From contig DBNL01000070.1 in NCBI GenBank assembly GCA_002299785.1, positions 1-57,832 of the forward strand: DNA of 57,832 nucleotides, written 5' to 3'. The translations under genes and the position numbers were made by a program. The notes beneath the pieces are model-generated. The model had not been told where the DNA came from and did no database searches. It worked only from the letters and a program-made list of their open reading frames with translations. This stretch comes from Verrucomicrobia bacterium UBA673 (GTDB lineage: Bacteria > Verrucomicrobiota > Verrucomicrobiia > Limisphaerales > UBA1096). Positions 9,518 through 20,672 of this stretch are shown piece after piece; within the stretch, counting starts at the first letter, position 1; each line of letters begins with the position of its first letter.

Positions 9518-10433
9518 AATGAGCGAACACAAAAGCTATCAACTGACCCATTTGGAGCAACTGGAGGCCGAGTCCATCTTCATCATGCGAGAGGTGGCCG
9601 CGCAATTCGGCAAACCGGCGTTGTTATTTTCCGGCGGCAAGGATTCCATCGTGATGGTACGCTTAGCACAGAAGGCTTTTTGGCCTTCCAAGCTGCCGTT
9701 TCCGCTGGTGCACGTGGACACCGGGCACAACTTCGGCGAGACGATTGTGTTCCGCGATCGCTTGGCCAAGGAGGTCGGTGCGAAGTTGATTATTGGCAGC
9801 GTGCAGGAGGAGATTGAGGCCGGCCGGGCTAGGGAGGAGACAGGCCCGAATCCAAGCCGCAACCGACTGCAGATCCCCGCGCTGCTCAACACCATCGAGC
9901 AGCACAAGTTCGATGCCTGCCTCGGCGGCGCACGGCGCGATGAGGAAAAGGCGCGCGCGAAGGAGCGCTTCTTCTCCCACCGTGATTCGTTCGGCCAGTG
10001 GGACCCGAAGAACCAGCGGCCCGAGTTGTGGAACCTTTTCAACGGCCGGATGGACTTTGGCGAGCACTTCCGCATTTTCCCGATCAGCAACTGGACAGAG
10101 ATGGATGTGTGGCAGTACATCAAGATGGAGGACATCTCGCTGCCGAGCATCTACTTTTCGCATGAGCGCGAGTTCGTCCGGCGCGACGGTGTACTGCTTG
10201 GCCGATGTGAGCACATCACGTTGCTCGACGGCGAGCAGTGGGAGTCCGCCAACGTGCGCTGCCGCACCGTCGGCGACATGACCTGCACCGGCATGGTCGA
10301 GAGTATCGCCAACAACGTGGACGACATCATCGAGGAAGTCGCCGCCGCGCGCCAAACCGAGCGAGGCGGCCGCGCCGACGACAAGCGCGGTGAGACAGCA
10401 ATGGAAGACCGGAAGAAAGAAGGGTATTTTTAG
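9510..10433 (+). CDS. cysD: Sulfate adenylyltransferase subunit 2
   Basis: PP-loop SGGKDS and strong CysD-like sequence throughout. An alternative ATG at 9519 is possible. Confidence 0.9.
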   Translation: MHRMSEHKSYQLTHLEQLEAESIFIMREVAAQFGKPALLFSGGKDSIVMVRLAQKAFWPSKLPFPLVHVDTGHNFGETIVFRDRLAKEVGAKLIIGSVQEEIEAGRAREETGPNPSRNRLQIPALLNTIEQHKFDACLGGARRDEEKARAKERFFSHRDSFGQWDPKNQRPELWNLFNGRMDFGEHFRIFPISNWTEMDVWQYIKMEDISLPSIYFSHEREFVRRDGVLLGRCEHITLLDGEQWESANVRCRTVGDMTCTGMVESIANNVDDIIEEVAAARQTERGGRADDKRGETAMEDRKKEGYF

Positions 10434-10438
10434 TTTTA

Positions 10439-11716
10439 ATGAGTGCCGAAACGAAGGGCTATTTAGACATGGATCTGCTGCGACTCACAACCGCGGGCAG
10501 TGTGGATGACGGCAAAAGCACGCTCATAGGGCGGTTACTCTATGACTGTAAGTCGATCTTCGAGGACCAGTGGGAGTCGATTGAGCAGTCGAGCAAGCAA
10601 CGCGGCGATGAGAATGTGAACCTTGCGCTGCTCACCGACGGATTGCGCGCCGAGCGCGAGCAGGGTATCACGATTGATGTGGCATATCGTTATTTCGCCA
10701 CGCCCAAGCGTAAGTTCATTATTGCCGACACGCCCGGCCACATCCAGTACACGCGCAATATGGTCACCGGCGCGTCTACGGCGAATCTGGCGATCATCCT
10801 CATCGACGCTCGTCACGGCGTCATCGAGCAGACCTGCCGCCACTCGTTCATCGCCAGCCTACTGCAAATCCAGCACATAATCGTCTGCGTTAACAAGATG
10901 GATCTCGTCGATTGGAGTGAGGACCGCTTCAACGAGATCGTTGGCCAGTACAAGGAATTCGCTTCGCGCCTTGAGGTGCCGCACATCGACTTCATCCCCA
11001 TCAGCGCATTGTTGGGCGACAACGTCGTGGAGCGTTCTTTGAACATGGACTGGTACCAGGGCAGCCCGCTGCTTTACACGCTTGAGACGATGTACATCGG
11101 CAACGAGCATAACCACGTGGACGCGCGGTTACCGGTGCAGTGGGTTATTCGGCCGCATAGCGAAGAGTGGCACGACTTCCGCGGCTACGCCGGGCGCGTG
11201 GCCGGGGGCGTATTCAAGCCGGGCGATAAGGTGACCGTGATGCCAAGCGGCTTCCAGTCGCACATTAAGGGCATCCACGACATCCACGGCGACGTGCCGA
11301 AAGCCTTCGCCCCAATGTCCGTGACGGTGACCCTCGAAGACGAGATCGACATCAGTCGCGGAGACATGATCGTCAAGCAAAACAATCCGCCGCAAAGCAG
11401 CCAGCAAATTGAGGCAATGATTTGCTGGTTCAGTTCAGAAGCCCAACTGCAGGAACGCGGCCGTTACACTTTGCGCCACACCACCAGTGAGGTGAAATGC
11501 CTTGTGAAGGAACTGAACTACAAGATAGACATCAACACACTGCACAAGCTGAAGGAGGACCGTGAGGTTCGCCTTAACGACATCGCCCGCGTCTCGCTGC
11601 AGACCAGCGCCCCGCTGCACTTCGATCGCTACCGCCGCAACCGAGCAACAGGCAGCTTCATCCTCATCGACGAGCAGACGAACAACACCGTCGCTGCCGG
11701 GATGATTGTGGGATAA
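10439..11716 (+). CDS. cysN: Sulfate adenylyltransferase subunit 1 (GTPase)
   Basis: GTPase motifs GSVDDGKST, DTPGH and NKMD. No fused APS kinase domain. Confidence 0.9.
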   Translation: MSAETKGYLDMDLLRLTTAGSVDDGKSTLIGRLLYDCKSIFEDQWESIEQSSKQRGDENVNLALLTDGLRAEREQGITIDVAYRYFATPKRKFIIADTPGHIQYTRNMVTGASTANLAIILIDARHGVIEQTCRHSFIASLLQIQHIIVCVNKMDLVDWSEDRFNEIVGQYKEFASRLEVPHIDFIPISALLGDNVVERSLNMDWYQGSPLLYTLETMYIGNEHNHVDARLPVQWVIRPHSEEWHDFRGYAGRVAGGVFKPGDKVTVMPSGFQSHIKGIHDIHGDVPKAFAPMSVTVTLEDEIDISRGDMIVKQNNPPQSSQQIEAMICWFSSEAQLQERGRYTLRHTTSEVKCLVKELNYKIDINTLHKLKEDREVRLNDIARVSLQTSAPLHFDRYRRNRATGSFILIDEQTNNTVAAGMIVG

Positions 11717-11745
11717 AAAAAAGCGACGTATTTATTACGTCGCCT
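11715..11745. terminator. Bidirectional rho-independent terminator between cysN and the peroxiredoxin gene
   Basis: An 8-bp stem GCGACGTA (11723-11730) / TACGTCGC (11736-11743) with loop TTTAT. An A-run precedes it on the plus strand, which gives a T-run after the hairpin on the minus strand. Confidence 0.6.
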
Positions 11746-11767
11746 TGGCTTTAAAACCTTTCGAGAG

Positions 11768-12403
11768 CTAACTGTTGAGAGCTTCGTAAACCTTGCCGAC
11801 CATTGCTTCGTTGGGGGTGAGGGTTTTTTGGCCGGGTGACCATTTGGCCGGGCAAGCTTCGGCCGGATGGGCTAAGCAGTGCACGTTAGCTTCGACGATG
11901 CGAGACAACTCTTCCATGTTGCGGCCCACGTTGTAGTAGTTCACTTGACTGCTCACCAGTTTACTTTCCGGGTTTATGATGAACGTTCCACGCAAGGCCA
12001 AGCCGGTGTTCTCGTCGTAGACTCCGAACAGGCTCGAGACTTCCCCGGTGGGGTCAGCACCCATGGTATACTTGACATCGGCCATCAATTTCTCCGATTG
12101 GCACCAGGCGAGATGGCTGAATTTCGTATCGGTGGATACCGAGATGATCTTGGCCCCCAATTCGGTGAGTTTGGCATCCTGAGCGGCCAAGTCAGCCAAC
12201 TCAGTGGGGCAAACAAAGGTGAAATCAGCCGGGTAAAAAACAAGAACCGTCCACTTGCCATCATGTCTCAGTTCGGACAATTTGACTTCACCAAATGAGC
12301 CGCTGCTTGGCTCGTAGGTTTCCATCGTAAATTCCGGCGTTTCCTGACCCACGGCGATCGGGGTGGGATCACTGTAAAGGCCAGTGTTAAATTCGTCTGC
12401 CAT
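11768..12403 (-). CDS. Typical 2-Cys peroxiredoxin (AhpC/Prx1 family)
   Basis: Peroxidatic Cys motif FTFVCPTE and resolving Cys in EACPAKW. Confidence 0.9.
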   Translation of the reverse strand: MADEFNTGLYSDPTPIAVGQETPEFTMETYEPSSGSFGEVKLSELRHDGKWTVLVFYPADFTFVCPTELADLAAQDAKLTELGAKIISVSTDTKFSHLAWCQSEKLMADVKYTMGADPTGEVSSLFGVYDENTGLALRGTFIINPESKLVSSQVNYYNVGRNMEELSRIVEANVHCLAHPAEACPAKWSPGQKTLTPNEAMVGKVYEALNS

Positions 12404-12418
12404 TTTGTTTGCCTAAAC

Positions 12419-13519
<1,101 letters not shown>

Positions 13520-13563
13520 TCAATTGGTTTTTTGTCTTGAGTGGACGGCTTGGCTAATCGAGG

Positions 13564-14214
13564 TCAGCGATAACGACGTTTTAGCCCCTTGATTGCTCGG
13601 AGTTCAGGCACATCGGTGAAGCGCAGGCGAAAGAGTCCCAGAAGTTGGTAATGCCGGTCGTAGGCGCCTCCCAGCAATGAGCCGGATGAAAAAATATGTT
13701 CGCGAGTGTCGGAATGGTAGGCCACCAGGGCCATTGTGGTCACTGAGACGTTATTTTCTTTTTTGAATAACGCTAACTCTGGCAAGGCGACCGGTGCGCC
13801 GGTGACCGGGTTGGGCAGCGCCTGATCCTCCGCAATACCAGCGGTCACAGTGGCGCTGTCCAGCGAATTGGCTCCGCTCCGCACCTCGACCACTATTTGT
13901 GCCAGAGAAACGTCATCGACCAAAAGTACGCCGTTGGAGAAAAGCAGGTCGCGCAGTGAGCCGATTAGGAATTCCTGGTCAAGCGCTTTCAGATAGGAGG
14001 TCGAGAGGTAAACTTTGAAACCTTTCAAACGACCAATGGCTTCCATGTCCAGTTCGGAAAGAGCCCGGGCTATGGCGGTGCTGAGCAGTAATTGCTCTCC
14101 GACACTTCGCGCAGGTTCGGTCATCCGCTGTTTGTTGACACAGCCCGACGCTAAGCCGGCGAGTAATGCCAGCGAAAGTGTGTGCGGCTGTGTGAGTATC
14201 CGTATGATTCGCAT
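13564..14214 (-). CDS. Hypothetical lipoprotein
   Basis: Signal peptide with lipobox LLAGLASGC. No recognisable catalytic motif. Last gene of the holB / O-antigen-ligase-like / aroQ string. Confidence 0.5.
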   Translation of the reverse strand: MRIIRILTQPHTLSLALLAGLASGCVNKQRMTEPARSVGEQLLLSTAIARALSELDMEAIGRLKGFKVYLSTSYLKALDQEFLIGSLRDLLFSNGVLLVDDVSLAQIVVEVRSGANSLDSATVTAGIAEDQALPNPVTGAPVALPELALFKKENNVSVTTMALVAYHSDTREHIFSSGSLLGGAYDRHYQLLGLFRLRFTDVPELRAIKGLKRRYR

Positions 14215-14221
14215 TAAAGAG

Positions 14222-14662
14222 TCAGTCGTTGGCCTTGTTGTGCAAGATCGCCGCCTCGAGGCCGAGGATGTATGACCCCGCCCCGAAGCCGTTAATGCTG
14301 CCGATGCAGGTCTGGGCGATGATCGATTTTTGCCGGTACGACTCGCGGGCGTGGATGTTGGTAAGGTGTATCTCGATCGCCATCACGCCTGCACCGGCGA
14401 TGGCGTCCTTGAGCGCGATACTCGTGTGTGTGTAAGCCGCAGCGTTGAGGATTACGTAGTCGTAGTCTCCGACCGACTGCTGCACCTGCGTCACCAGTTC
14501 GCCCTCGAGGTTGGATTGGTGAAACACCACCTCGACGCCATGCCGCTGGCCATGTTCACGAACCATATCCTCAATATCCGACAGCTTCATGCTGCCGTAA
14601 ATCTCCGGCTCGCGTTGGCCCAGAAGATTTAGGTTGGGGCCGTTGAGGAACAGTACCTTCAT
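14222..14662 (-). CDS. aroQ: 3-dehydroquinate dehydratase, type II
   Basis: MKVLFLNGPNLNLLGQREPEIYG and HLTNIHARE motifs. The ORF extends to 14680, but the Met at 14662 fits family N-termini and avoids overlapping the upstream gene. Confidence 0.9.
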   Translation of the reverse strand: MKVLFLNGPNLNLLGQREPEIYGSMKLSDIEDMVREHGQRHGVEVVFHQSNLEGELVTQVQQSVGDYDYVILNAAAYTHTSIALKDAIAGAGVMAIEIHLTNIHARESYRQKSIIAQTCIGSINGFGAGSYILGLEAAILHNKAND

Positions 14663-14676
14663 GTACCCACCGATTA

Positions 14677-16116
14677 TCATTCAGGTGCCACACTTTTGTC
14701 GAACCAATTTATAGGCGAGGCCAGCAGCCAGCCTAGCATCAGCCAAGCAGGCCAAGCCAGCGCAGGGATGTACAGCCCGAACTCAACGAACCCCTGCAGC
14801 GCCCATGCCAGCAGTCCAAGCCGCACGGCGATCAGCACCGGATCGTCTAACCGCCTCCGGGCGAGCACCCACGCCGCTCCACCGATGAACGCCGCGTAAA
14901 GCATAAACCCCGGCCATCCGGAGTCGCTTGCCTGCTGTAGATAGTCGTTGTGCGTCAGTCGTGTCGGCTCGGCCCCGGGCGCACGATGCCGCTTGTACGC
15001 GAGTTGGAATGTCCCCGGCCCGGTGCCCAACAGAGGCTTCTCCATCGCCGTTTGCACAGCGGCACGCCAGTAGCCAAATCGCGCCCCGACACTCGTCGCC
15101 CCGCGGTCAAAGTAGTCGGCGTACTTCACTGCGAACCCGGCCAAGCCCAGCATCATCGCCGCGCAGGCCAAACCCAGCTTCAGCTTTTTCGGCACTTGCA
15201 AATGCAGAAACCAGGCGCCGAGCAGCGTGATTGCAATCAGCCAGCCCGCTTTCGAGCCGGACCAATACAGGCAGGCTAAGCCGACCGCCGCCAAGCCAAT
15301 CGCGATCGCGGCGCGGGGTATTCTCCAGCGCCCTTGGCCAATCAGCAGTGCGAGCGACACCGGCAGCAGCAGCAGGATTAATCCGGCCAATGCGTTCGGG
15401 TAAAACATGCGCCCGTAAAGCCGCGAGCTGTACATGCGCTTGACCAACTCAATCGGAAGCTGACGTACTTTGGCCGCCGTTCCGGGCGGCAAGGCGGCGA
15501 TCTGTTTTTCGATTTTCGGTGGGATGGTATTCCCCGCGTCACGTGCCTTGGGCGCCAGCGTTGCCGGGTCAAGTTTGCCGGACTCGATTTGTTCGATGAT
15601 GTTGTTGCGCGTTTGCTCAAGGCCGCCGAACTTCTCGATGCGGGCATCCGCGAGGTTCAGCATCAAGCCAAGCGTCGCCCCCCAAAGCGCCAGCTTGGCC
15701 TGGCGCATCTGGCCCAGTACGAACAGCCCCAGATAAAACGCCGCGAGGCACGAGGCAAAATGGATCACTGTTGCTTGCGACATCGCTTGGTTTTCCGACT
15801 GCAAAAACGACAGCAACTGCCACCCCAGCCAGGCGGCAGGCAGCCATACGATCCATTTGGGCACTCCCGCCGGTAAACCCAGCTTTGGATTGGCCAACCG
15901 TGAAAAACCGAGAACGCACGCCAGCCCAAGCACGGCTAGGATGCCTAGGTACGGGAGGACGTTCGACGGGCTTTCGCCACCCAAAATCACGCTCTTGGGC
16001 GGGTGCAGATAATCGAGAATGACAGGGTTGCCGAAGAGGAATAGAGCGGTGAAAAGCCAGACGCCGGTGAGGATCAAAAAGACGCGATCCTTTTGCCCTG
16101 GAGTGTCAGCGAGCAT
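14677..16116 (-). CDS. O-antigen ligase-like (Wzy_C family) polytopic membrane protein
   Basis: More than 10 predicted TM helices, with a large loop followed by a YWSGSKAGWL-type segment as in the WaaL/O-antigen polymerase family. Confidence 0.6.
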   Translation of the reverse strand: MLADTPGQKDRVFLILTGVWLFTALFLFGNPVILDYLHPPKSVILGGESPSNVLPYLGILAVLGLACVLGFSRLANPKLGLPAGVPKWIVWLPAAWLGWQLLSFLQSENQAMSQATVIHFASCLAAFYLGLFVLGQMRQAKLALWGATLGLMLNLADARIEKFGGLEQTRNNIIEQIESGKLDPATLAPKARDAGNTIPPKIEKQIAALPPGTAAKVRQLPIELVKRMYSSRLYGRMFYPNALAGLILLLLPVSLALLIGQGRWRIPRAAIAIGLAAVGLACLYWSGSKAGWLIAITLLGAWFLHLQVPKKLKLGLACAAMMLGLAGFAVKYADYFDRGATSVGARFGYWRAAVQTAMEKPLLGTGPGTFQLAYKRHRAPGAEPTRLTHNDYLQQASDSGWPGFMLYAAFIGGAAWVLARRRLDDPVLIAVRLGLLAWALQGFVEFGLYIPALAWPAWLMLGWLLASPINWFDKSVAPE

Positions 16117-16125
16117 CGGGGCCGG

Positions 16126-17193
16126 TCAGAGTTTGAGCTTGAGCAGGCCAACCTCGAGCGCGAGCGCCTCCTGCACGTTGGTCGTCTCGAGCAGTCGCTG
16201 CGTCGCCTCGATCGATTGCAGGTTCTCTAGCGCCTGCCCGGGGGTCAGCCGCTTGCCGACGGTCTCCGAGGTGTCAGCCCAATCCTGAAAATGCAGCAGC
16301 TCCCGGCATTGCCGGAGCGCGGCCAGCCACACGTCGCGTAACCACCATTGTAGCCCGGCGAGAAACTGCCCGCGCTGTCGTCGGTACTCGGCCTCAATTG
16401 AGGCCTTGAGTTCCTCCTGCAATTTCTCCCGGAGCGCCGGCTCGATGTCGGCGTACCGGTTCAGCGGCGACGCCTCCTCCTGGATTTTCTGGATGGTGTC
16501 TCGCTTGGCTGCCAAGTGTTCCATCAGGTTGCCGAGTAAACGATAGCGCCCCATCAGCCCCGCATCGGCCTCGGCGTTCATGCCGACAAACGACTTTAGC
16601 CAAGCCGCGTCGTTGTCCTCGAGTTGAACGTCGGCTTCTCCCCCGAAGTTCACCCGCATGCAACGGGAGCGAACCGTCTCTCCGAGTCGATCCGGGTGAA
16701 CAGTCAACAGGATGAACACCGTCCGTTCCGGCGGCTCTTCCAGCGTCTTGAGGAAGGCGTTGAACGTGGGGCCGGGCATGCGGTCGGCGCCGGTGATGAT
16801 CGCCACCTTATAGCGTCCCTCGGTTGGCTTGAGCGACACCTTACGGGTGAGATTCCGGATTTGATCGATACTGATAATGCGCGATTTTTTCTCCGGCCGG
16901 ACAAAGTCGAGATCGGGGAAGTTGCCTGAATCGACCTTGCGGCACGGGATGCAGCCGCCGCAGGTTTCGAGTGGGATGCCGGTTTCACCGGTCGCTGGCG
17001 GCGACTGGCAGTTAAGCGTCCGCGCCAGCCCGGTCGCGTATCCCTCGAGCGCCTCGATTGTGCCGCCAACGAACAAATACGCGTGGCCAAGCCGGCCGTT
17101 GGCCAGGCTGCGCCGGAGTAACTTGGTGGCGTGGCTGGCGGTCGTTTGAGATGCGTCGGGCACGGGCGTTTTATACGGCCTGCGCTTGGGCAA
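16126..17193 (-). CDS. holB: DNA polymerase III delta-prime subunit
   Basis: GRLGHAYLFVGG, zinc module CGGCIPCRKV, TLEEPP and SRC sensor motifs. Confidence 0.8.
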   Translation of the reverse strand: MPKRRPYKTPVPDASQTTASHATKLLRRSLANGRLGHAYLFVGGTIEALEGYATGLARTLNCQSPPATGETGIPLETCGGCIPCRKVDSGNFPDLDFVRPEKKSRIISIDQIRNLTRKVSLKPTEGRYKVAIITGADRMPGPTFNAFLKTLEEPPERTVFILLTVHPDRLGETVRSRCMRVNFGGEADVQLEDNDAAWLKSFVGMNAEADAGLMGRYRLLGNLMEHLAAKRDTIQKIQEEASPLNRYADIEPALREKLQEELKASIEAEYRRQRGQFLAGLQWWLRDVWLAALRQCRELLHFQDWADTSETVGKRLTPGQALENLQSIEATQRLLETTNVQEALALEVGLLKLKL

Positions 17194-17276
17194 GGCGATT
17201 CTGTAATTCGTTTTTGAGCCGCTTTGCCAAGCGCGTTTCTTGCCTAGGCAGCGCTAGCTTGGCATGATGCCTGGGC

Positions 17277-18071
17277 ATGAATCGGATTGAAGAACGGTTT
17301 CAACGCCTCAGGCAGGAGGGGCAAAAGGGATTTGTGGTTTACATAGGCGCGGGGGACCCCGATCTCGACGCGACGCATGACCTGGCGCTGGCGTTCGACG
17401 ATATCGGCGTGGACGTGCTGGAACTCGGCGTGCCGTTCAGCGATCCGCTGGCCGATGGCTTGGTCAACCAACTCGCGGCGCAGCGCGGGCTCGACTCTGG
17501 CACCACGCTGGGGAAATTACTGCAGACCGTTTCACGACTCCGCGAGTCGTCTGGAATTCCGATCGTCCTTTACGTCTATTTCAACCTGCTGCACAAGTGG
17601 GGACTCGCCGAGTTCGTGCAGGCCGCCGCCGCCGCGGGAGTCGATGGGTTGCTGGTGCTCGATCTTCCGCCGGAAGAGTCGGGGGATTACGAGTCGCTCA
17701 TGGCTGCCTCTGGCCTGTGCCCGATCTATCTCGTCGCGCCGACCACGCCGCCGGATCGGGTAGAATTGATCGTCAAGCGCGGTAAAGGTTTTATTTATTA
17801 CGTGTCGCGCGAGGGCGTCACCGGCATGCAGCAAACCGTCTCCGACACGATCGGGCCGATGACCCGAATTATTCGACAGCACACCGACATCCCGATTGCC
17901 GTCGGCTTTGGCATCTCGAACCCGGAACAAGCTGCCGAGGTCGCGCGGAACGCCGAGGCCGTTGTCGTCGGTAGCGCGATCGTCAACCAAATCGCCGCCA
18001 AGGGCCGTGCCACCGACCTCGTATCAACAGTCAAGACCTTCACGGCAAACCTCATCAACGGCATCCGCTGA
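17277..18071 (+). CDS. trpA: Tryptophan synthase alpha chain
   Basis: ELGVPFSDPLADG and GFGISNPEQA motifs. No trpB is adjacent. Confidence 0.9.
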   Translation: MNRIEERFQRLRQEGQKGFVVYIGAGDPDLDATHDLALAFDDIGVDVLELGVPFSDPLADGLVNQLAAQRGLDSGTTLGKLLQTVSRLRESSGIPIVLYVYFNLLHKWGLAEFVQAAAAAGVDGLLVLDLPPEESGDYESLMAASGLCPIYLVAPTTPPDRVELIVKRGKGFIYYVSREGVTGMQQTVSDTIGPMTRIIRQHTDIPIAVGFGISNPEQAAEVARNAEAVVVGSAIVNQIAAKGRATDLVSTVKTFTANLINGIR

Positions 18072-18083
18072 TTTATCCAGTAA

Positions 18084-19196
18084 ATGCAACGTAAGGATCG
18101 CTACATCATCATCATGGCAGGTGGCCGCGGTGAACGCTTTTGGCCGGTCAGCCGCGAGCGCAAGCCCAAGCAGCTTATCACCCTGTTGGGAGATCGCTCG
18201 TTTCTGCAGCAGACGGTCGACCGCGTGAAGCCGGTCGCACCGCTCGAGAATATTCTCATCATCACCAACGCCATTCAGGCCGCCGCCGTTCGCCGTCAGT
18301 TACCCGAGTTGCCCAAGCGCAATATCATTGGCGAGCCGTGCGGTCGTGACACTTGCGCTGCGGTGGCGTTGGGCGCGGCACTGGTCGGTGCCCGGTCCGG
18401 GAACGGTGTGATGGCTGTGCTGCCGGCCGACCATGTTATTCCCAATGAGGCCAAGTTTCGCCGCGTGCTGATCGATTCGATGGCATTGGCCAAGCGCGAG
18501 CCGGCACTTGTCACCATCGGCATCCAGCCGCACGAGCCGGCTACCGGCTACGGCTACATTCAGGTTGGCAACAAGCTGGCCAAGTCCTCAGCCAGATCGC
18601 TCAAGTCTACTTTCTTCACCGCTAAAAAGTTTGTCGAAAAGCCGAATCTCGCCACGGCCAAGCGCTATATCAAGAGCAACAATTACCGCTGGAACGCCGG
18701 GATGTTCATTTGGTCGTACGAGACCATAGCCGTTGAGTTGTGCCGACAACAACCGAAGCTGTTCGCTGCGGCTGAGAAATGGCGGGGCATCCGTGGTTTG
18801 GCCAAACTCAATGCAGCCCTGGCCAGGGACTATCCTAAGCTGGAAAAGATTTCCGTCGATTACGCCATCATGGAGAACGCGCTAAACATCGTCTGTGCGG
18901 ACGGTGTCTTCGGTTGGGACGACCTCGGTTCATGGCCGGCCCTGGCGCGGCATCTCAAGCCGGATGCGGACGGCAATTGCACCGTAGGTGACCTTGTGCA
19001 AGTCGACTCGGCGAACAACGTCGTGTTCGACGCCCGCACGCGAAACCGCGCACAGATTGTGTTGGTGGGCATCAGTGAAATGATCGTCGTGCAGACCGAC
19101 GACGCGATGCTCGTCGCCCGCAAGTCCGAGTCGCAAAAAATAAAACAAATCCTTGCCCACTTGGCCAAGACCAAGCGTTTCGCCCACTTGGTTTGA
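18084..19196 (+). CDS. Mannose-1-phosphate guanylyltransferase (nucleotidyltransferase domain only)
   Basis: IIMAGGRGERFWPVSR G-loop and GYGYI motif. No C-terminal cupin/isomerase domain. Confidence 0.8.
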   Translation: MQRKDRYIIIMAGGRGERFWPVSRERKPKQLITLLGDRSFLQQTVDRVKPVAPLENILIITNAIQAAAVRRQLPELPKRNIIGEPCGRDTCAAVALGAALVGARSGNGVMAVLPADHVIPNEAKFRRVLIDSMALAKREPALVTIGIQPHEPATGYGYIQVGNKLAKSSARSLKSTFFTAKKFVEKPNLATAKRYIKSNNYRWNAGMFIWSYETIAVELCRQQPKLFAAAEKWRGIRGLAKLNAALARDYPKLEKISVDYAIMENALNIVCADGVFGWDDLGSWPALARHLKPDADGNCTVGDLVQVDSANNVVFDARTRNRAQIVLVGISEMIVVQTDDAMLVARKSESQKIKQILAHLAKTKRFAHLV

Positions 19197-19218
19197 CTCG
19201 CACCCAGAATCCGACAAG

Positions 19219-20169
19219 ATGATTTCCACGCTGCATTTCGACAACGCCCGGATCGCCCAGCAACTTTTCAGCAATAACCCAAGGAACCTCCAGATGCTTG
19301 AGGTGCGGATGAGCGTCAAGGCGACCAATCGTGACGGCTGGATCAAGCTCGATGGCGATGAGGCCGACGTGGCGAGGGCCACGGGGTTGTTCCAGTCGCT
19401 TGAGGGAGCGCTCAAGGCCGGAGTGGCGATCCGCAACCGCGATTTCAGCTATGCACTGAACACCGTGTTGAACGATGGGCCGGAGGCGCTGGAGGGGCTG
19501 TACTCGATCACGCTGCAAACCTCCGCGCGCAAACCGGTGGTTCACCCCAAGACGATCGGGCAGAAACGCTACATCGAGGCGATTCAAAATCACGATGTGA
19601 CTTTCGGTGTGGGCCCGGCCGGCACCGGCAAAACCTTCCTCGCGATGACGCTGGCGGTCATCTCGTTGAAGGAGGAAAAAGTATCGCGCATCATCCTCAC
19701 TCGCCCGGCGGTTGAGGCTGGCGAGGCGCTCGGTTTTTTGCCGGGCGACTTGCAGGAGAAACTTGATCCTTATCTGCGGCCACTGCACGACGCATTGCAG
19801 GATTTGTTGCCGATGGAGGAGGTGCAGAAACACATGGAGCGGGGCACGATCGAGATTGCACCGCTGGCCTACATGCGGGGCCGTACGCTCAACAACGCCT
19901 TCATCATTCTCGACGAGGCGCAGAACTCCACTGCCGAGCAGATGCTGATGTTCCTGACGCGGCTGGGTTTCAATTCTAAGGTGGTTATCACCGGCGACCC
20001 GACACAGATCGACTTGCCGCCAAGCAAAACCTCAGGCCTCATCGAGGGGCCGGCTGCCTTGGCCAAGGTCGAGGGGATCGCTCATTGCAAATTTAAGAAA
20101 CAGGACGTGGTGCGTCACCCGCTCGTTGCGCGGATCGTGCAGGCGTACGAGGACCATCGCAAAAGCTGA
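19219..20169 (+). CDS. phoH: PhoH-family ATPase
   Basis: Walker A GPAGTGKTFLA and Walker B ILDEAQN. The ORF opens at 19153, but the ATG at 19219 avoids overlapping the upstream gene. Confidence 0.85.
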   Translation: MISTLHFDNARIAQQLFSNNPRNLQMLEVRMSVKATNRDGWIKLDGDEADVARATGLFQSLEGALKAGVAIRNRDFSYALNTVLNDGPEALEGLYSITLQTSARKPVVHPKTIGQKRYIEAIQNHDVTFGVGPAGTGKTFLAMTLAVISLKEEKVSRIILTRPAVEAGEALGFLPGDLQEKLDPYLRPLHDALQDLLPMEEVQKHMERGTIEIAPLAYMRGRTLNNAFIILDEAQNSTAEQMLMFLTRLGFNSKVVITGDPTQIDLPPSKTSGLIEGPAALAKVEGIAHCKFKKQDVVRHPLVARIVQAYEDHRKS

Positions 20170-20171
20170 AG

Positions 20172-20672
20172 ATGCCACTTACCGTCCGTAGCCGCCAAAA
20201 GAGTCATCCCGCCGATGCATGGCTGCTGCGGCGCTTGGCCAAGTGGACGCTTGCCGAGACTGGGCCTGACCAGGCTGTCGAGTCGGGAGCGCACGAGCTG
20301 GGGGTCTACCTCGTTGATCCGGTCGAGATGGCCAGGGCCAACTGGGATTATTTGCAGCACGACGGGCCGACCGACGTGATCACTTTCGACTACGGGGAGT
20401 CGGGTGACACACCCAAGCCTGGACCGATCCTCGGCGACATTTTCATCTGCCCCATGGTGGCGGAGGAGTTTGCGCGAAAGTACAAAACCTCATGGGCGAA
20501 GGAGGTGGCGCGGTACTTGATCCACGGTATCCTGCATCTGCGCGGGTACGACGACTCGGCACCGGAGCTGCGGCGGACGATGAAACGGGAGGAAAACCGA
20601 CTGATGACGGCGGCGGCAGGACGCTTTCCCTTGAGCCGCTTGGCGAGAGGGACTAGGGTGGTTGGCAGATGA
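20172..20672 (+). CDS. ybeY: rRNA maturation endoribonuclease YbeY
   Basis: Zinc motif HGILHLRGYDD. Conserved position after phoH. Confidence 0.85.
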   Translation: MPLTVRSRQKSHPADAWLLRRLAKWTLAETGPDQAVESGAHELGVYLVDPVEMARANWDYLQHDGPTDVITFDYGESGDTPKPGPILGDIFICPMVAEEFARKYKTSWAKEVARYLIHGILHLRGYDDSAPELRRTMKREENRLMTAAAGRFPLSRLARGTRVVGR